Shown one piece after another: positions 12,519 through 26,164 of a DNA stretch of 64,000 bases. The first letter of the stretch is position 1. Each line of letters opens with the position of its first letter. The stretch comes from Octopus vulgaris. Lineage: Eukaryota. Under the pieces are notes generated by a model, which saw only the letters and a list, made by a program, of their open reading frames with translations, was not told the origin of the DNA and did not search any database. The stretch is from the NCBI GenBank assembly GCA_951406725.2, contig OX597842.1, forward strand, positions 19,220,001-19,284,000, given 5' to 3'. A program made the translations under genes and the position numbers.

Positions 12519-13420
12519 TCCTTGTTGTCACTATCGCTAGAATTGCTACTGTCTCTGTAACAACCTGTTGGGCAAACGAATAGATATATGTAAATAACAT
12601 TTCTTCCTTCGTGGACTTAATTCTTCGATGTTCACTGGTTACTCCGACGTGAGAACCTTGAAGTGTTACATCTATACGCTACATTTAGTTGTGGGTTACC
12701 TCATATCGATTGATATGGCACATCACATCTAGCCTACTACATTTGGTGACCCCATCGAAGAATCACAGCCTTCACATCACCCGGCAATGAATTGGAACTG
12801 GAAAACCCCTGCGATTAATCAGCACATAATGTCTCTCTCTGAACACAGCCCAGCAGCGAACACATCCACTGTCGACATGGCATTCCAGGTGGCAATTACA
12901 TTGAGGATTCCCCCATTTTGGACACACGACCCTGCATTATGGTTTCACCATATAGAGGCCCAATTTTCATCCAACCGAATAGTGATCAATGTGTCTCGAC
13001 TTACGCATGTGATCAATTCCCTTTCACCAGAGATCATGAATGTGTTCCATGATCTCATTATGGCACCACCTGGTTCTGTGTCATATGACACTTTCAAAGC
13101 CACCCTGATCAAAAGAACTTCAGAGACCCAACAAAAGCGACTCCACCAGCTCCTTACATCGGAAGAATTGGGTGACAGAACACCTTCCAAGCTTCTACGA
13201 TGAATGAAGCTGCATCTTGGAGATGAGATCCTCCCTGAAAAGATTTTTAAGTAGCTTTTTCTCTGGCGTCTGCCCTCCAACACATAGGTGGTCCTCTCTT
13301 CCACATGAGAATCCACTTCCATTGAGGAACTGGCGGAGCTAGCTGACAAAATAGCCGAGGTTCCACATAGATATTCAACAGTATCAACGGTGACACCAGC
13401 CATCCCCACTATAATTCTTA
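12519..13420 (+). mobile_element. Ty3/gypsy LTR retrotransposon remnant: 3' part of the LTR, PBS and degenerate gag
   Basis: ...CTACA-TT-TGGTGACCCCATCG is a tRNA-Trp-type PBS at 12744, followed by the gag motif PPFWTHDPALWFHHIEAQF...LGDRTPSKLLR. Confidence 0.8.
12787..13420 (+). pseudogene. gag pseudogene
   Basis: ORF 12787-13203 continues through in-frame stops (..IEELAELADKIAEV..) and is truncated by a SINE head at 13420. Confidence 0.8.
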
Positions 13421-13561
13421 GGAGTGGCTGTGTGGTAAGTAGCTTGCTTACCAACCACATGGTTCCGGGTTCAGTCCCACTGCGTGGCATCTTGGGCAAG
13501 TGTCTTCTACTATATATATATATATATAAGTAAATATAATGTCTTGTTGAGATAGGTTCTC

Positions 13562-13657
13562 TTTCTTTCCTGATGAGAAGATTGCATTATTTTACACCGT
13601 TTATTCCTTTGGAATAAAACCAATGTTGTCCTTGAAACATATGTCGAATATAAAAGA
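13562..13657 (+). ncRNA. Type I hammerhead ribozyme motif with extended stem II
   Basis: TTC-CTGATGA(13570)-stem II-GAAA(13634)-CATATG-TC-GAA; palindromic minimal stem III. Confidence 0.7.
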
Positions 13658-14071
13658 ATTTGAATAACATCTGCATTCAACTCCATTTATTTACTTATAC
13701 TACACAAATTACTGCACATTAACCTGGAGTTTCTACCTTTGAATAGGTCGCTACATCCGTGTTACTCGCGTGAATTTTGCTACTCTGGTAACTGTTTATT
13801 GAATTTACCATGTTAACGGTAAACAAAGAATAATTCATTCATCAATTTATATATATATATATATATATTTGTGTGTGTGTGTGTTTGTATGTTATGTAAA
13901 CCTATTGTATATATGTATATACATATAATATATGTATAAAAGATGTATTATATGTGTGTGTATAATATATATATATGTATAAATATGTATATATATATGT
14001 ATAAATATGTATATATATATGTATATATATATGTATATATATATGTATATATATATGTATATATATATATG

Positions 14072-14144
<73 letters not shown>

Positions 14145-14259
14145 GTATATATATATATGTATATATATATGTATATATATATATATGTATATATATATGT
14201 ATATATATATATGTATATATATATATGTATATATATATATATGTGTATATATATATATA

Positions 14260-14325
<66 letters not shown>

Positions 14326-14328
14326 CAT

Positions 14329-17300
14329 ATCATCATCATCATCATCATCATTTAGCGTCCGTTTTCCATGCTAGCATGGGTTGGACGGTTCTGCTGGGGT
14401 CTGTGAAGCCAGAAGGCTTCATCAGGCCCAGTCAAATCTGGCAGTGTTTCTACGGCTGGATGCCCTTCCTAACGCCAACCACTCCGTGAGTGTAGTGGGT
14501 GCTTTTTACGTGCCACCCGCACTGGTGCCAGCCAGAGCTGGCAAACGGCCACGAACGGATGGTGTTTTTTATGTGCCACCGGCACGAGGGCCAGGCGAGG
14601 CTGGCAACGAACACGAAACGGGGCGGTGCTGGCAACGGTCGCGAAACGGAAGGTTCTCTTACATGCCACCGGCACTGGTAACACATCTGCAATTTCCATT
14701 GATCGATTTCCATTGATCGATTTCGATTCTGATCCTCACTTGCCTCAATGGGTCTTCACAAGCAGAGTTTCGACATGCCACCGGCACTGGTAGCACATCC
14801 GCAATTTCCATTGATCGATTTCGATTCTGATCCTCACTTGCCTCAACACGTCTTCACAAGTAGAGTTTTGTGTCCCAAGAAGGGAAGGTATGCATACGTA
14901 GGATGGCTCCATCCCATGTAGAAGGCCACGGGTTGTGGACTCACTTGTCCTGCCGGGTCTTCTCGCGCACAGCACACTTCCAGAGGTCTCGGTCTCTAGT
15001 CATTTCCTCGGTGAGACCTAAAGTTCGAAGGTCGTGCTTCACCACCTCGTCCCAGGTTTTCCTGGGTCTGCCTCTTCCACAGGTTCCCTCAACCGCTAGG
15101 GTGTGGCACTTTTTCACACAACTATCTTCATCCATTCTCGCCACATGACCATACCAGCGCAAACGTCTCTCTTGCACACCACAACTGATGCTTCTTAGGT
15201 CCAGCTTTTCTCTCAAGGTACTTACACTCTGCCGAGTGTGAGTACTGGCATTACACATCCATCGGAGCATACTGGCTTCATTTCTAGCGAGCTTACGCAT
15301 ATCCTCAGCAGTCACGGCCCATGTTTCACTGCCATGTAGCATGGCTGTTCGTACACACGCATCATACAGTCTGCCTTTCACTCTGTGCGAGAGGCCTTTT
15401 GTCACCAGCAGAGGTAAGAGCTCTCTGAACTTTGCCCAAGCTATTCTTACTCTAGCAGTTACACTTTCAGCACACCCGCCCCCGCTGCTGACTTGGTCAC
15501 CTAGGTAACGGAAACTATCAACTATTTCTAGTTTTTCTCCCTGGAAAGTGACAGAAGTTGGTCTCAGAGCATTTTCAGTGTTTATTGTTCCTGAGCATCT
15601 GCCACATACAAAAACCATCTTCCTAGTTAGCCTTCCTTTGACATTGCTGCATCTCTTATGTGTCCATAGCTTACACTTGGAGCATCTTATAGAGTTTCTA
15701 CCTACACCTTTTCTACAGATCGAGCAGGGCCATCTACCTGAAGGTGTTTGTGATTTGTCTACCTTCCTACTGATTACGACTTTGGTTTTAGCTAGATTGA
15801 CTCTGAGGCCCTTCGATTCTAATCCTTGTTTCCACACCTGAAACTTCTCCTCCAGTTCTGATAGCGACTCAGCAATTAGAGCAAGGTCATCAGCATAGAG
15901 GAGCTCCCAAGGGCATCCTGTCTTGAATTCCTCCGTTATTGCCTGGAGGACTATGATAAATAGGAGGGGGCTGAGTACTGAGCCTTGGTGGACCCCTACC
16001 TCTACCCGGAATTCTTCACTGTACTCATTTCCAACCCTCACCCTACTAGCGGCGTCCCTATACATGGCCCGCACAGCTCTCACTAACCATTCATCTATCC
16101 CTAGTTTTCTCATTGCCCACCAGATAAGGGATCGGGGGACCCTGTCGAAGGCTTTCTCCATGTCAACAAAAGCCAGGTACAGGGGCTTATCTTTGGCTAG
16201 GTATTTCTCCTGCAGCTGCCTTACCAGGAATATAGCATCAGTAGTACTTTTCCCTGGCACAAACCCAAACTGCATCTCATCTAAACTAACTCTCTCTCTA
16301 ATTAGTTGGGCTATGACCCTCTCCGTAACCTTCATCACCTGGTCCAACAGCTTGATACCTCTGTAGTTGTTTGTATCTAGGGCATCACCTTTACCTTTGT
16401 AGCAGTTGACTATTATACTGCTACACCAGTCATTGGGTATGACCCCTTTGTGTATCACCTGATTAACTATATGGGTGACTAGGCTATAGCCGACACTACC
16501 AGACATTTTGAGCATCTCTGCAGTGATTCCTGATGGGCCTGGGGCTTTCCCTGTCTTCATGCTTCTAATTGCCTTAGCTACCACAGAACTATCAACTCGG
16601 ATAGCTGGTCCCTCTGTTGGGTCAACATTCGGCAGACTCTCTTTATCCCATTCATTTTCTTCATTCAGCAACCTTTCATAGTGGCATCTCCAAACCTCTC
16701 TCTTTGCATCCTCATTTAGCGCAAGTGAACCATCTTCCATGCGAACACACTTCTCTCCTACCACATCACGATTCTCTCTCACACACTGTCTTGCAACACG
16801 AAACACCTCCAGTCTTTGGTCCTCACGGCGCAGAACATTGGCAAATTTTTTCTTATCTGCTTCCCCTCTGGCTAAATAAACCTGTCTCCTAGCTTCTCTT
16901 TTGGCAGTCTGATACAATTCCCTGCTACCCCCATTTTTCCAGACCTTCCAAGCCTGTCTCTTTTCTCTAATAGCCCTGTCTACAATATTGTTCCACCACC
17001 ACGTTATTCTAGGTCGAGAGGGGACTTTGCACCAGCCACAGATCTGGTCAGTGGCTCTCAGCAGGTTGTCCCTTAGAAACGTCCAGCTGTCTTCTACCCC
17101 CTGTGATGCTCTATCCCCTTCTACTTCGTCAGAGGCTTCAAGTAATATGTCCCTAAATCTCTGTCCATTTGCAGGATCTTTAAGCTTCCAGATCCTTCTT
17201 CTCCATATTTGTCGTCTTCTGGTTGTCCTCCTAGTCCTGATCCTAAAGTCACTAACTACCAGTCTATGTTGTGGGGTACATTCTTCACCTGGGAAGGTTT

Positions 17301-17930
17301 TGGCATTTATAAGCAGCCATCTCTCCCTTTGCCTTGTAAGGATGTAGTCAATTTGGCTGGTATGTTGGCCCGATTGGTAAGTGACTAGGTGGCTGGTAGG
17401 TTTCCTGAAGTTAGTGTTGCAAATCATAAGATTATTTGCATCGCAGAACTCCAGCAGCCTGGTTCCTTCCTCGTTGCGGGAGCCATAGCCGTAGCCTCCA
17501 TGTACGCCATGGAAGCCCCCAGCATGTCGTCCAACGTGACCATTGAAGTCACCAGCCACAAAGATAAGGTCTCTGTCGTTCGTCAATGAGGTAGTCTGCA
17601 GTAGAGTGTCATAGAATCGGTCTTTCTGTCCATCGGGTAGCCCCGACTGAGGAGCATAGGCTGATATAATGGTTGCTAAACTATGATGAAGCACTAATCT
17701 AATCTTAAGTATTCTGTCACTTACTCTGATTACCTCAATTACTTTATCTACCCATTTCTCAGCGATAAGTATACCCACGCCACCAACCCCGTCAGTATTC
17801 CCTGCCCAGAAAATCTTGTACCTGCGTTCCTTGCCTGTGAGGAACCTAGCTGATCCTCCTCTCCACCTTATTTCTTGCATGCAACATATATCCACACATC
17901 TCCGTTCAAGCATCTCGACTATCTCACCAG
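14329..17930 (-). mobile_element. RTE-clade LINE, slightly 5'-truncated, with (GAT)n tail, inserted in (TA)n
   Basis: Single APE+RT ORF, ~600-bp 3' UTR with internal tandem repeats, (CAT)n on the + strand. Confidence 0.95.
14941..17930 (-). CDS. RTE ORF: AP endonuclease + reverse transcriptase + PHD-like zinc finger, uninterrupted for ~995 codons
   Basis: Motifs [37 protein letters not shown] and LLYADD. The first ~23 aa of the computed ORF come from microsatellite. Confidence 0.95.
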
Positions 17931-17982
17931 ATATATATATATATACATATATATACATATATATATATACATATATATATAC

Positions 17983-18031
<49 letters not shown>

Positions 18032-18282
18032 CATATATATATACATATATATATATATATACATATTTATACATACAGACCTTGTTCGAAGGTTATATGG
18101 ATACAGTTTGTGTATCAAATAGCTAACTTAAGGCGATGGCCTCATGGAGCTAATAAGCGGACAGCTTTTTTCTTATTTTTATAAGAATGCCATATTAGTA
18201 TGGCGATAACTATTATTTTCCGGGAACGCTGCCGCTGTTCTCTTTTAGAGAGACTTAGTAATTTTAATATTTCTATTATATA

Positions 18283-18360
<78 letters not shown>

Positions 18361-18853
18361 CATACATATATATATATCAATGCGTGTGTGATAGGATGTG
18401 CTCCATGCATGACACTGTTCCATCCAAATTTTGACACTTGAGGTTAATCAGTTTAAATTCCTTCCATTTTGAATTCAAACTGGATCCTGTACAATCAGCG
18501 GAGGGCTGTCATAATATAAAAAGCACATCATTAACGAGAGAATCAAGCAGGGGCTTCAACTTGGCCCTCCTTCATTTCATGTTACACCTGTTTCAGTATT
18601 TGGTAACACATCGTTGTGTCACACAATAGCTGCAATTGGTAGATGCACCGCATAAGGGCAGCATGTATAAGGAAATACATGCAGTAACCAAAACGAAATA
18701 CTTGAGAGGTACACGGCTTGAAGGGAAAGGAGATCAGGAGAAGGTAGAGTGGGAACACGACCCCCAGAAACACAATTGTGGACTAGTGTTGATGAGAATG
18801 GGGGCTAAGAATTGACCAGAGTTTGGGGATATAGGCTGTGCTTACATGCCCCC

Positions 18854-19573
18854 TTAACCCTTTCGTTACTGTATTTATTTTGAGATGCTCTGTGTTTCTT
18901 TCAATTATTTTAAATATAACAAAGAATTTAGTAAAATAACTTAGTTATCATTAAGCTAGTGTTAGGAACATAAATTGTGACTAAGGTTTGCTGGAAGATT
19001 TTAATTCAAAACTTAAGAAAACAAGACATTTGTACTACAGAGCCAGAGGTGGTTTCACATGGGTTGGTATCGAAAGGGTTAAGAATTGTTTCTCTATTAT
19101 ATATTTTAACCCTTTTGTTACCATATTTCTGTTGAGATGCTCTGTGTTTCTTTCAAATAATTTTAAATATAACAGAGAATTTAGTAAAATAACTTAGTTA
19201 TTATTAAGCTAGTGTTAGGAACATAAATTGTGACTAAGGTTTGGTGGAAGATTTTAATTCAGATCTTTTGGAAACAAGACATTTGTACTCAGAGCCAGAG
19301 CCAGTTTCAGCTGGGTTGGTATCAAAAGGGTTAAGAATTGTTTCTCTATTATATATTTTAAAGCCTTTTGTTACCATATTCTGTTGAGATGGTCTGTGTT
19401 TCTTTCAATTATTTTAAATATAACAAAGAATTTAGTAAAATAACTTAAGCTAGTGTTAGGAACAAATTGTGACTAAGGTTTCGTGGAAGATTCTAATTCA
19501 AAACTTATGAAAACAAGACATTTTACCACAGAGCCAGAGCTGGTTTCAGCCGGGTTAGTATCAAAAGGGTTAA
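18854..19573. mobile_element. Three tandem ~225-bp piggyBac-like MITEs
   Basis: TTAA-CCCTTT...AAAGGG-TTAA at 18854-19082, 19106-19334 and ~19358-19573, with an identical spacer between copies. Confidence 0.8.
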
Positions 19574-20062
19574 GAGAGGGGAGACAGGTGGGTAAGTAGA
19601 TAACATAGGTGACCAGTAAGAGATTCTGGGTGCAATAATCAAGCACCACTGGGGTTTGTGGTAGCACCATTGATAGATGCGTCCAACTACATACAAACCT
19701 GCGGATACGCATTAACACATTAATATGCTTGCTTCCCCAGCCACTCATGCGCAGAGAGTTGGTGGGTTGGTGGGGGCGGGGAATGAGTAGGAGGATTCCT
19801 TGAGCAAGAACCTTTATTTCACGTTGCTCCAGTCTACTCAGCGAAAATGAGTTGTGCCTGTATTTCAAAGGGTCAGCCTTGTCACACTCTGTGTCATGCT
19901 GAATCTCCCTCAGAACTACATTAGGGGTACACGCGTCTGTGGTGTACTCAACCATTTGCATGTTAATTTTACAAATGAGCTGTTCCGTCTTCTTTAAATT
20001 GCTCTTTACTTCATTTTATAAGTTTTTAAAAACCATCTTACTTTCCTTTCTATTCAAAAGAC

Positions 20063-20146
20063 ATGGATGTGAAGAAGATTATAAGCAACATTCTGACTGG
20101 GAACTTTCAAGATGTGAAACGATTTATGAAAGAAAATCCTGATAAA
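20063..20146 (+). CDS. Exon 1 (MDVKKIISNILTGNFQDVKRFMKENPDK)
   Basis: Acceptor AG at 20059-60, ATG at 20063, donor GTAGGT, phase 0. An upstream exon may exist. Confidence 0.75.
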
Positions 20147-20298
20147 GTAGGTTTACTTCATATTGCTTCTTCAATGTTGAATGTTTGTTTATTATTTTAT
20201 ACACAATATTAAATGTTCCTAAATAACCAGATATATTTGTCCATAATATTTCATTTCTTTCTTTACCTCTTTCCTCTAATCCTCATCATTGTCACTTT

Positions 20299-20550
20299 TT
20301 ATAAATATTCAACCAGACAATGAGGTATGCCAGAATTGATGGAATGTGAGTGAGAGAGAAACCCATCCTCACACACTGCAATGGAGTATTCTGGCAGGAA
20401 ATATTCATTCCAAGAGATGGGGGACAGATGGACCCAATAGATAAATGGTGACTTTGTCAAGAAATTCTCTTGCCATACACAGTTAAAGGTTTTACTGACA
20501 TCAAGGGCTACAGTATTTCTTTTGCAGAAGTTGTCAAACATAACCAAAAC
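20299..20550 (-). pseudogene. Degenerate LINE RT fragment
   Basis: ALDVSKTFNCVW (cf. LDISKAFDRVW) and SINSGIP (cf. SGVPQGS). Confidence 0.6.
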
Positions 20551-21991
20551 ACTGGGAAGTCACGTAGGAATCAGACCCCTGCTTGAACCGGCTTTATGGA
20601 ACTGTACTGGGGCTCATTGCATAGAGAAAGATACCCAAAGGGACAAAGATAATGGTTGTTTATGACTTTTTACTTCATAATTGAAATATTGGAAGTTAGA
20701 ATGACTGGCTGGTAGTCAGCAGACAGGACACTATCAGCAAGAATTATAAAACAGGGCTTCTCTAAGATAGTAGTACTATCCTTCGGTAGGGATTGCGAAG
20801 AATTTTATAAGGACCAGAGAGCCAAGGAGGCTATGGTGGTACAAATATATGAAACTCAATGTGTAGTTGAGTTTGGATCAGAAACTAAAGTGAAGTGGTG
20901 ATGCATCAAATGTTCACTTATTGTTGGGTGGTGCTGTAGTAAGTAGTCACCTATGTCAAGACTAGGACCCAAAGGTAAATTAATCTGACCTGTGAGAACA
21001 TTAAAAATCAGAGATATTGAATCATAGCAAGAAAAGGGGCATTGAAAAACTCTTAGTAAATAAAAAAGGGCCATAATTGAAAAGTTTAAGAAGTACTGGT
21101 ATAGAACTATCATGGTTAGGGAGTGGTGGGTGGAATGATTCTGTAAAATCTATAGAGATACTCTTGGTAAGAGACCAGAAAATGTGGCTTTTAATTTGGA
21201 AGGGAAGACAGCTGACAAACGGTGAAATGCAGAAAAAACATCCTTTAATTTCTTGATGACCATCATACATGTATTTCAATGGTGGGTGAATGTCTGCCAG
21301 TTAGTGAGGGTAGGTGTTTTCCTCAAGGAGAAGTCGATAGTGTTGTTTGTACAGCTGTAATACAGTTGTGTATGAACCACTCACACCTTTTTAAATATTG
21401 TATGGCTACAAACTAATGTAAGCCCTGATACTGCTGCCGCATTTAGGCTCAAAATTCTGATCACTACTTTCATAATATTTCTTATTTTCTCCATTGTTTC
21501 TTTTCATGTGTGTCTACCTTTCCATAGTTGCTCATATTTAGTTGTGATTGGTGTCGTTCCAAAGATGTCACAGATGTCTAATTACAAGTAATTGCTTTGT
21601 AATAGATTCAGTGACTAACATAAATAGATTTTCAATCTTTTCCTTGAGCTTATGCATGAACTAAACAGTCTTTCTAAGCCTTTTCCACCTTGATTTACCT
21701 GTGCTCTACACCTTTCTTGTAGATTTGCTTTCATTCTTTTCCAAGTAGATCCCACGTTGCTGTTTCACCAGACATATGACATCTGAAGATCCATGCTTCA
21801 TTTCAAACATCCTGTTCTTCTCTCACCATTTCTTAAATCTCCTTCATCATTATAGCATTAAATAAAAAGTGCTACTATGCCAGACATCAGTGATAACACA
21901 GTGTAGAATTTCATGAGCTTTACCAGGGAATACTAAACTAAAATCTCTCTCCTTTGATATATTTTATATATCTTCTCTTTCTTCTCTTCAG

Positions 21992-22143
21992 GTCAACCAA
22001 ATAAACTCACACAGTCAAACTTTCTTAATGGCAGCTTGTGAACAGGGCAGCACAAGTCTCATAGCCTTCTTGATAGAATCTGGAGCCAATATGGACATGA
22101 GTGACAAAGAAGGTCTGACAGCATTACATTATGCTGTGAAAAG
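21992..22143 (+). CDS. Exon 2, ankyrin (VNQINSHSQTFLMAACEQG...DKEGLTALHYAVK)
   Basis: Polypyrimidine-CAG acceptor, GTAAGA donor, phase 0 to 2. Confidence 0.92.
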
Positions 22144-23159
22144 GTAAGACTTGAATTAACTAAAATCTTCAGATCTCCTTTTGTTTTGAAATTTTTGCAA
22201 TTCCAGACTATTTGAATATCCAAAGATACCATAATAGTGGCAGTGTGACACGATAACAACATGATAGTAGTAACCAAATAACATCCTTTTCTCATTTTCT
22301 CCATGAATCCTCTTCATTGAATCACCAAAATTTTTTTCGTTATTTGGTGTCAAAACAGATTATTTTTGTTTTGGAGATATTCTTTGAGATCCAAAAGTTC
22401 TTAAGATTGACCCAATGTGATTCAGTGTCTTCTCTTCATATTGATTATGGAGAGATCGATCAATTTTTCTCCAAAGAAAATGTTATTTGAGATCTAAAGC
22501 AACAAGAAAGATTCTCAAGCTTGTTTTGGCAGTAAATAATCTGTAAATTTCTTACAGAAATTATTTCTCACCTCCATCAGCAACTCAACACATTTTGAGA
22601 TCTATTATATTTTGAATTGTGCTTCATAAGGTCATCTCTGGACAATAAAACATGTTTTGAAGTTCTTGTTAGTTTCTATAGCTTCTGCAGTCACAAATTG
22701 TTCCAGAATTTTGCACAAACACACAATCACGCACACATCATCATCATCATCGAATGTTGCTTTTCCATGCTGGCATGGGTAGGAGGGTTTGATAGGAACA
22801 GACAAGTCAGAAGACCACACCAAACACTACTGTCTGCTTAGGTTTGGTTTCTATGGCTGGACGACCTTCCTAACACCAACCACTTTGCAGAGTGTACTGG
22901 ATGCCTTTTACATGCCATCAGAACCAGTGAGGTCACCAATTAATTGCAAGACAAAGACCTCTCGACTGGTTGAGGTGGTGGGATGGGGGAGCTAATATTG
23001 CTGGAGAGAAAGGTGTCTTGCATTAGAAGAGGGACATGGCTCCTTCAGATGGAGAAGACAGAGGAGGGAAACACTAGGTTAAAATCTTGTGTTTGGTCCA
23101 AGCAAAGAAAAAGGAAAAAATAGTGCAATAGGTGTGAAACAACATGTAGTAAACGAATA

Positions 23160-23558
23160 CTCTTACTCTTTTACTTGTTTCAGTCATTTGACTGCGGCCA
23201 TGCTGGAGCACCGCCTTTAATCGAGCAACTCGACCCCGGGACTTATTCTTTGTAAGCCCAGTACTTATTCTATCAGTCTCTTTTGCTGAACCGCTAAGTG
23301 ACGGGGACATAAACATACCGGCATCGGTTGTCAAGCAATGCTAGGGGGACAAACACAGACACACAAACACACACATATATATATATACATATATACGACA
23401 AGCTTCTTTCAGTTTCCGTCTACTAAATCCACTCATAAGGCTTTGGTCGGCCCGAGGCTATAGTAGAAGACACTTGCCCAAGGTGCCACGCAGTGGGACT
23501 GAACCCGGAACCATGTGGTTGGTAAGCAAGCTACTTACCACACAGCCACTCCTGCGCC
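23160..23558 (-). mobile_element. Full-length SINE (main family)
   Basis: Complete head, microsatellite and tail. Confidence 0.92.
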
Positions 23559-23574
23559 TATGGAAAAAATATAT

Positions 23575-23896
23575 GGCGAACAGGAGGTGGGGAGACGACT
23601 CGGAAAATTCAAATCTCACCACTTCCCCATTCGTCGGCAAATTTTTTTGTTCTTTATTTTCGTTTTTTACACCTTATTTTACACCCGGTACTCTACTTTT
23701 GTTCCATTTTTATGACAGTGTGGGTGGGTGGGGTGTGGACTCGGATAATTCACACGATCCGGTAACCCCACTAGACAACCGGTCCCAAAAATGAAAACAA
23801 GAAGTGTAATAGGTGTAAAGCAACGTTGAGTTTTCGGATCCTGTGAGATTGATCGTGTGAATTTTCCGAGTCGTCTCCACCACCCCACGTTCGCCA
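23575..23896. mobile_element. MITE-like element with ~37-bp inverted repeats
   Basis: TGGCGAAC..GGAGACGACTCGGAAAATTC versus GAATTTTCCGAGTCGTCTCC..GTTCGCCA. Confidence 0.65.
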
Positions 23897-24730
23897 ACGT
23901 GTAATTTTTTTTCTGCACATTCGTTTACTACATGTTATTTTACACCTATTGCACAATGTTTTTGCTCAAGTCAAACACTGGAGTTTAACTTATACACACA
24001 CACACACACACATATATATACACACACACACACACAATATATATACACACACACACACACACACATATATAATAAATATGGGTGTGTTTATATATTCATT
24101 TATGTGTGTTATATGACCGCCATACTTCCTTGTTGGTCACTGTTTCTTTTGGCGGTAAAAATACGCCTCGTTGCCCTTAACAACAAACTTTCTCTTGCAT
24201 AGTCCGTTCCTATGACAACATTACATTTGCAGACGTAGTTTTCCCGCCAATTACGACGGGCTGCTGTTGTTGTTTATTTTTAGATTGATGAGAAATTTGC
24301 TATCAATTAGTTTGTCTATAATTTTCAGACATTCCATCTTTCGCAAAAGGATTACAATATATTTTTCAATGTATACCAAATATGTAGATACTAACAACGG
24401 TACTTAATCCTTGTTTTGCATTGTACACTCGCTGGAATAAAAATATTTATACTTTATACCCTCACCTATTAATATGTGTATACACACACACATGTACACA
24501 TTTGTTTACTGTGTATTAACGATTATACGTATTTCAGTGGCTCATATTTCTCTGTCTGTCTGTCTCTCTATATACATACATATATATATACGTATACATA
24601 CATACACATATATGCATATATAAATATATATATATACATTCACATATACACCTATATAATATTATTGACTTTGACATTTCAACTTGCGATATGAACCGTT
24701 GATATATATATGTATGTGTGTGTGTGTGTG

Positions 24731-24768
<38 letters not shown>

Positions 24769-24783
24769 TATATGGTATATATA

Positions 24784-24811
<28 letters not shown>

Positions 24812-24819
<8 letters not shown>

Positions 24820-25077
24820 AGTGAATGGAATAAATGGAGTTGAACGAAGATTGTACAGAATACCTTTTATTACATTCTACACATGTTTCGAAGGCCACAA
24901 ATTTCCAAATTCTGTTTAAATAAGGGTACCATATTGCGGCTTTCTCTTCAGGAAAAAAACAGGAATTCCGTTGACAGGACAAAACAATTGCTGTGCCGAA
25001 ACATGTGTAGAATGTAATAAAAGGTATTCTGTACAATCTTCGTTCAACTCCATTTATTCCATTCACTAATAATATTA
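24812..25077. repeat. ~79-bp perfect inverted repeat (Penelope pLTR-like arrangement)
   Basis: 24812-24890 is the reverse complement of 24997-25077. Confidence 0.9.
24875..24954 (-). ncRNA. Type I hammerhead ribozyme motif
   Basis: Minus strand: TTC-CTGAAGA-GAAAGCCGCAA...TTGTGGCCTTC-GAAA-CATGTG-TA-GAA. Confidence 0.7.
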
Positions 25078-25224
25078 AACTTCAATTATCCGCTCCAACG
25101 CACGGTTGCAACACCAAATGGTCTTATCTCCAACCGTGCTGTTTTCCGCTGTGATTTTTGCTACCCAGGTATCTGTTAAACCTTTGAATAATCTGTTACA
25201 AGAAAATTCATCTTTCTATTTCAA

Positions 25225-25291
<67 letters not shown>

Positions 25292-25295
<4 letters not shown>

Positions 25296-25994
25296 CATAC
25301 TTACACAACTGGGACCCCGAAGAATTTGTTTCCTTATAACTTTTAGACAGATGGATATCTTTTAATGAAATTTCTTTGACAAAAATGCTTCAGATGATGA
25401 AGATTCCAATTATATTGGAATTTGTTGTGAAATCAAATTTTCAAACGTTGAGAAGTTGACTTAAATCCTTATAGAAACTTTCAGAAAAATGGTTCTTTTG
25501 TGTGAAAATTTCTACAAATCCCTTTCAAATGGATTAGATTAGGATTATATCGGAATTTAACATGAAAAAACATTAAATATTTGGTGGATACACACACATA
25601 TATACTGACACACATCACGGTTATTTTTCCAAAGTTCATCTTTTCATTTTCTGATGTGTATCAGTGTATATCTCTGCGAATCCACCAAGTTTTTTAATTT
25701 TTCTTCATATTAAATTCCGATATAAGTGGAATCTTCACCATCTGAAACGGTTTTATTGAAAATTTCATTAGAAAATATTTATTTTTTTGGAAAGAAAGCC
25801 GACTCGGTGAACTTTCCCAAATTTCTCTCTGCACCCACTAAAAATTTTTTCTCACAATAAATTCCAATATAATTGGAATCTTCGCCTTCTGAAGCATATT
25901 TTTGAAAGAAATTTCATTAAAAAATATCCATTTTTCCTAGAAGTTACAGGGAAAGAAATTCGTCGGGGGAGCACACTTGTGTAGTTATGTCTCT
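25292..25994. mobile_element. ~700-bp foldback/MITE with long imperfect inverted arms
   Basis: GATGGATATCTTTTAATGAAATTTC versus GAAATTTCATTAAAAAATATCCAT, and TATATTGGAATTT versus AAATTCCAATATA; TA-flanked. Confidence 0.7.
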
Positions 25995-26013
25995 ACAGGC
26001 ATGCACGCACACA

Positions 26014-26064
<51 letters not shown>

Positions 26065-26164
26065 GCGGCTGTAATATATATGCGTTTAATTGAACACGAG
26101 TGTATATTTAATGTAATTGTTAAGTGAATGTCTGTGATGTTTTATGTTTTTTTCTTCCTTTCAG

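Noticed and set aside
15548-17589. Plus-strand ORFs over the RTE
   Set aside because: Antisense shadows of the RT ORF
18150-18255. Possible minus-strand hammerhead (GAAA..GCTGTC)
   Set aside because: No intact CTGANGA core or convincing stems
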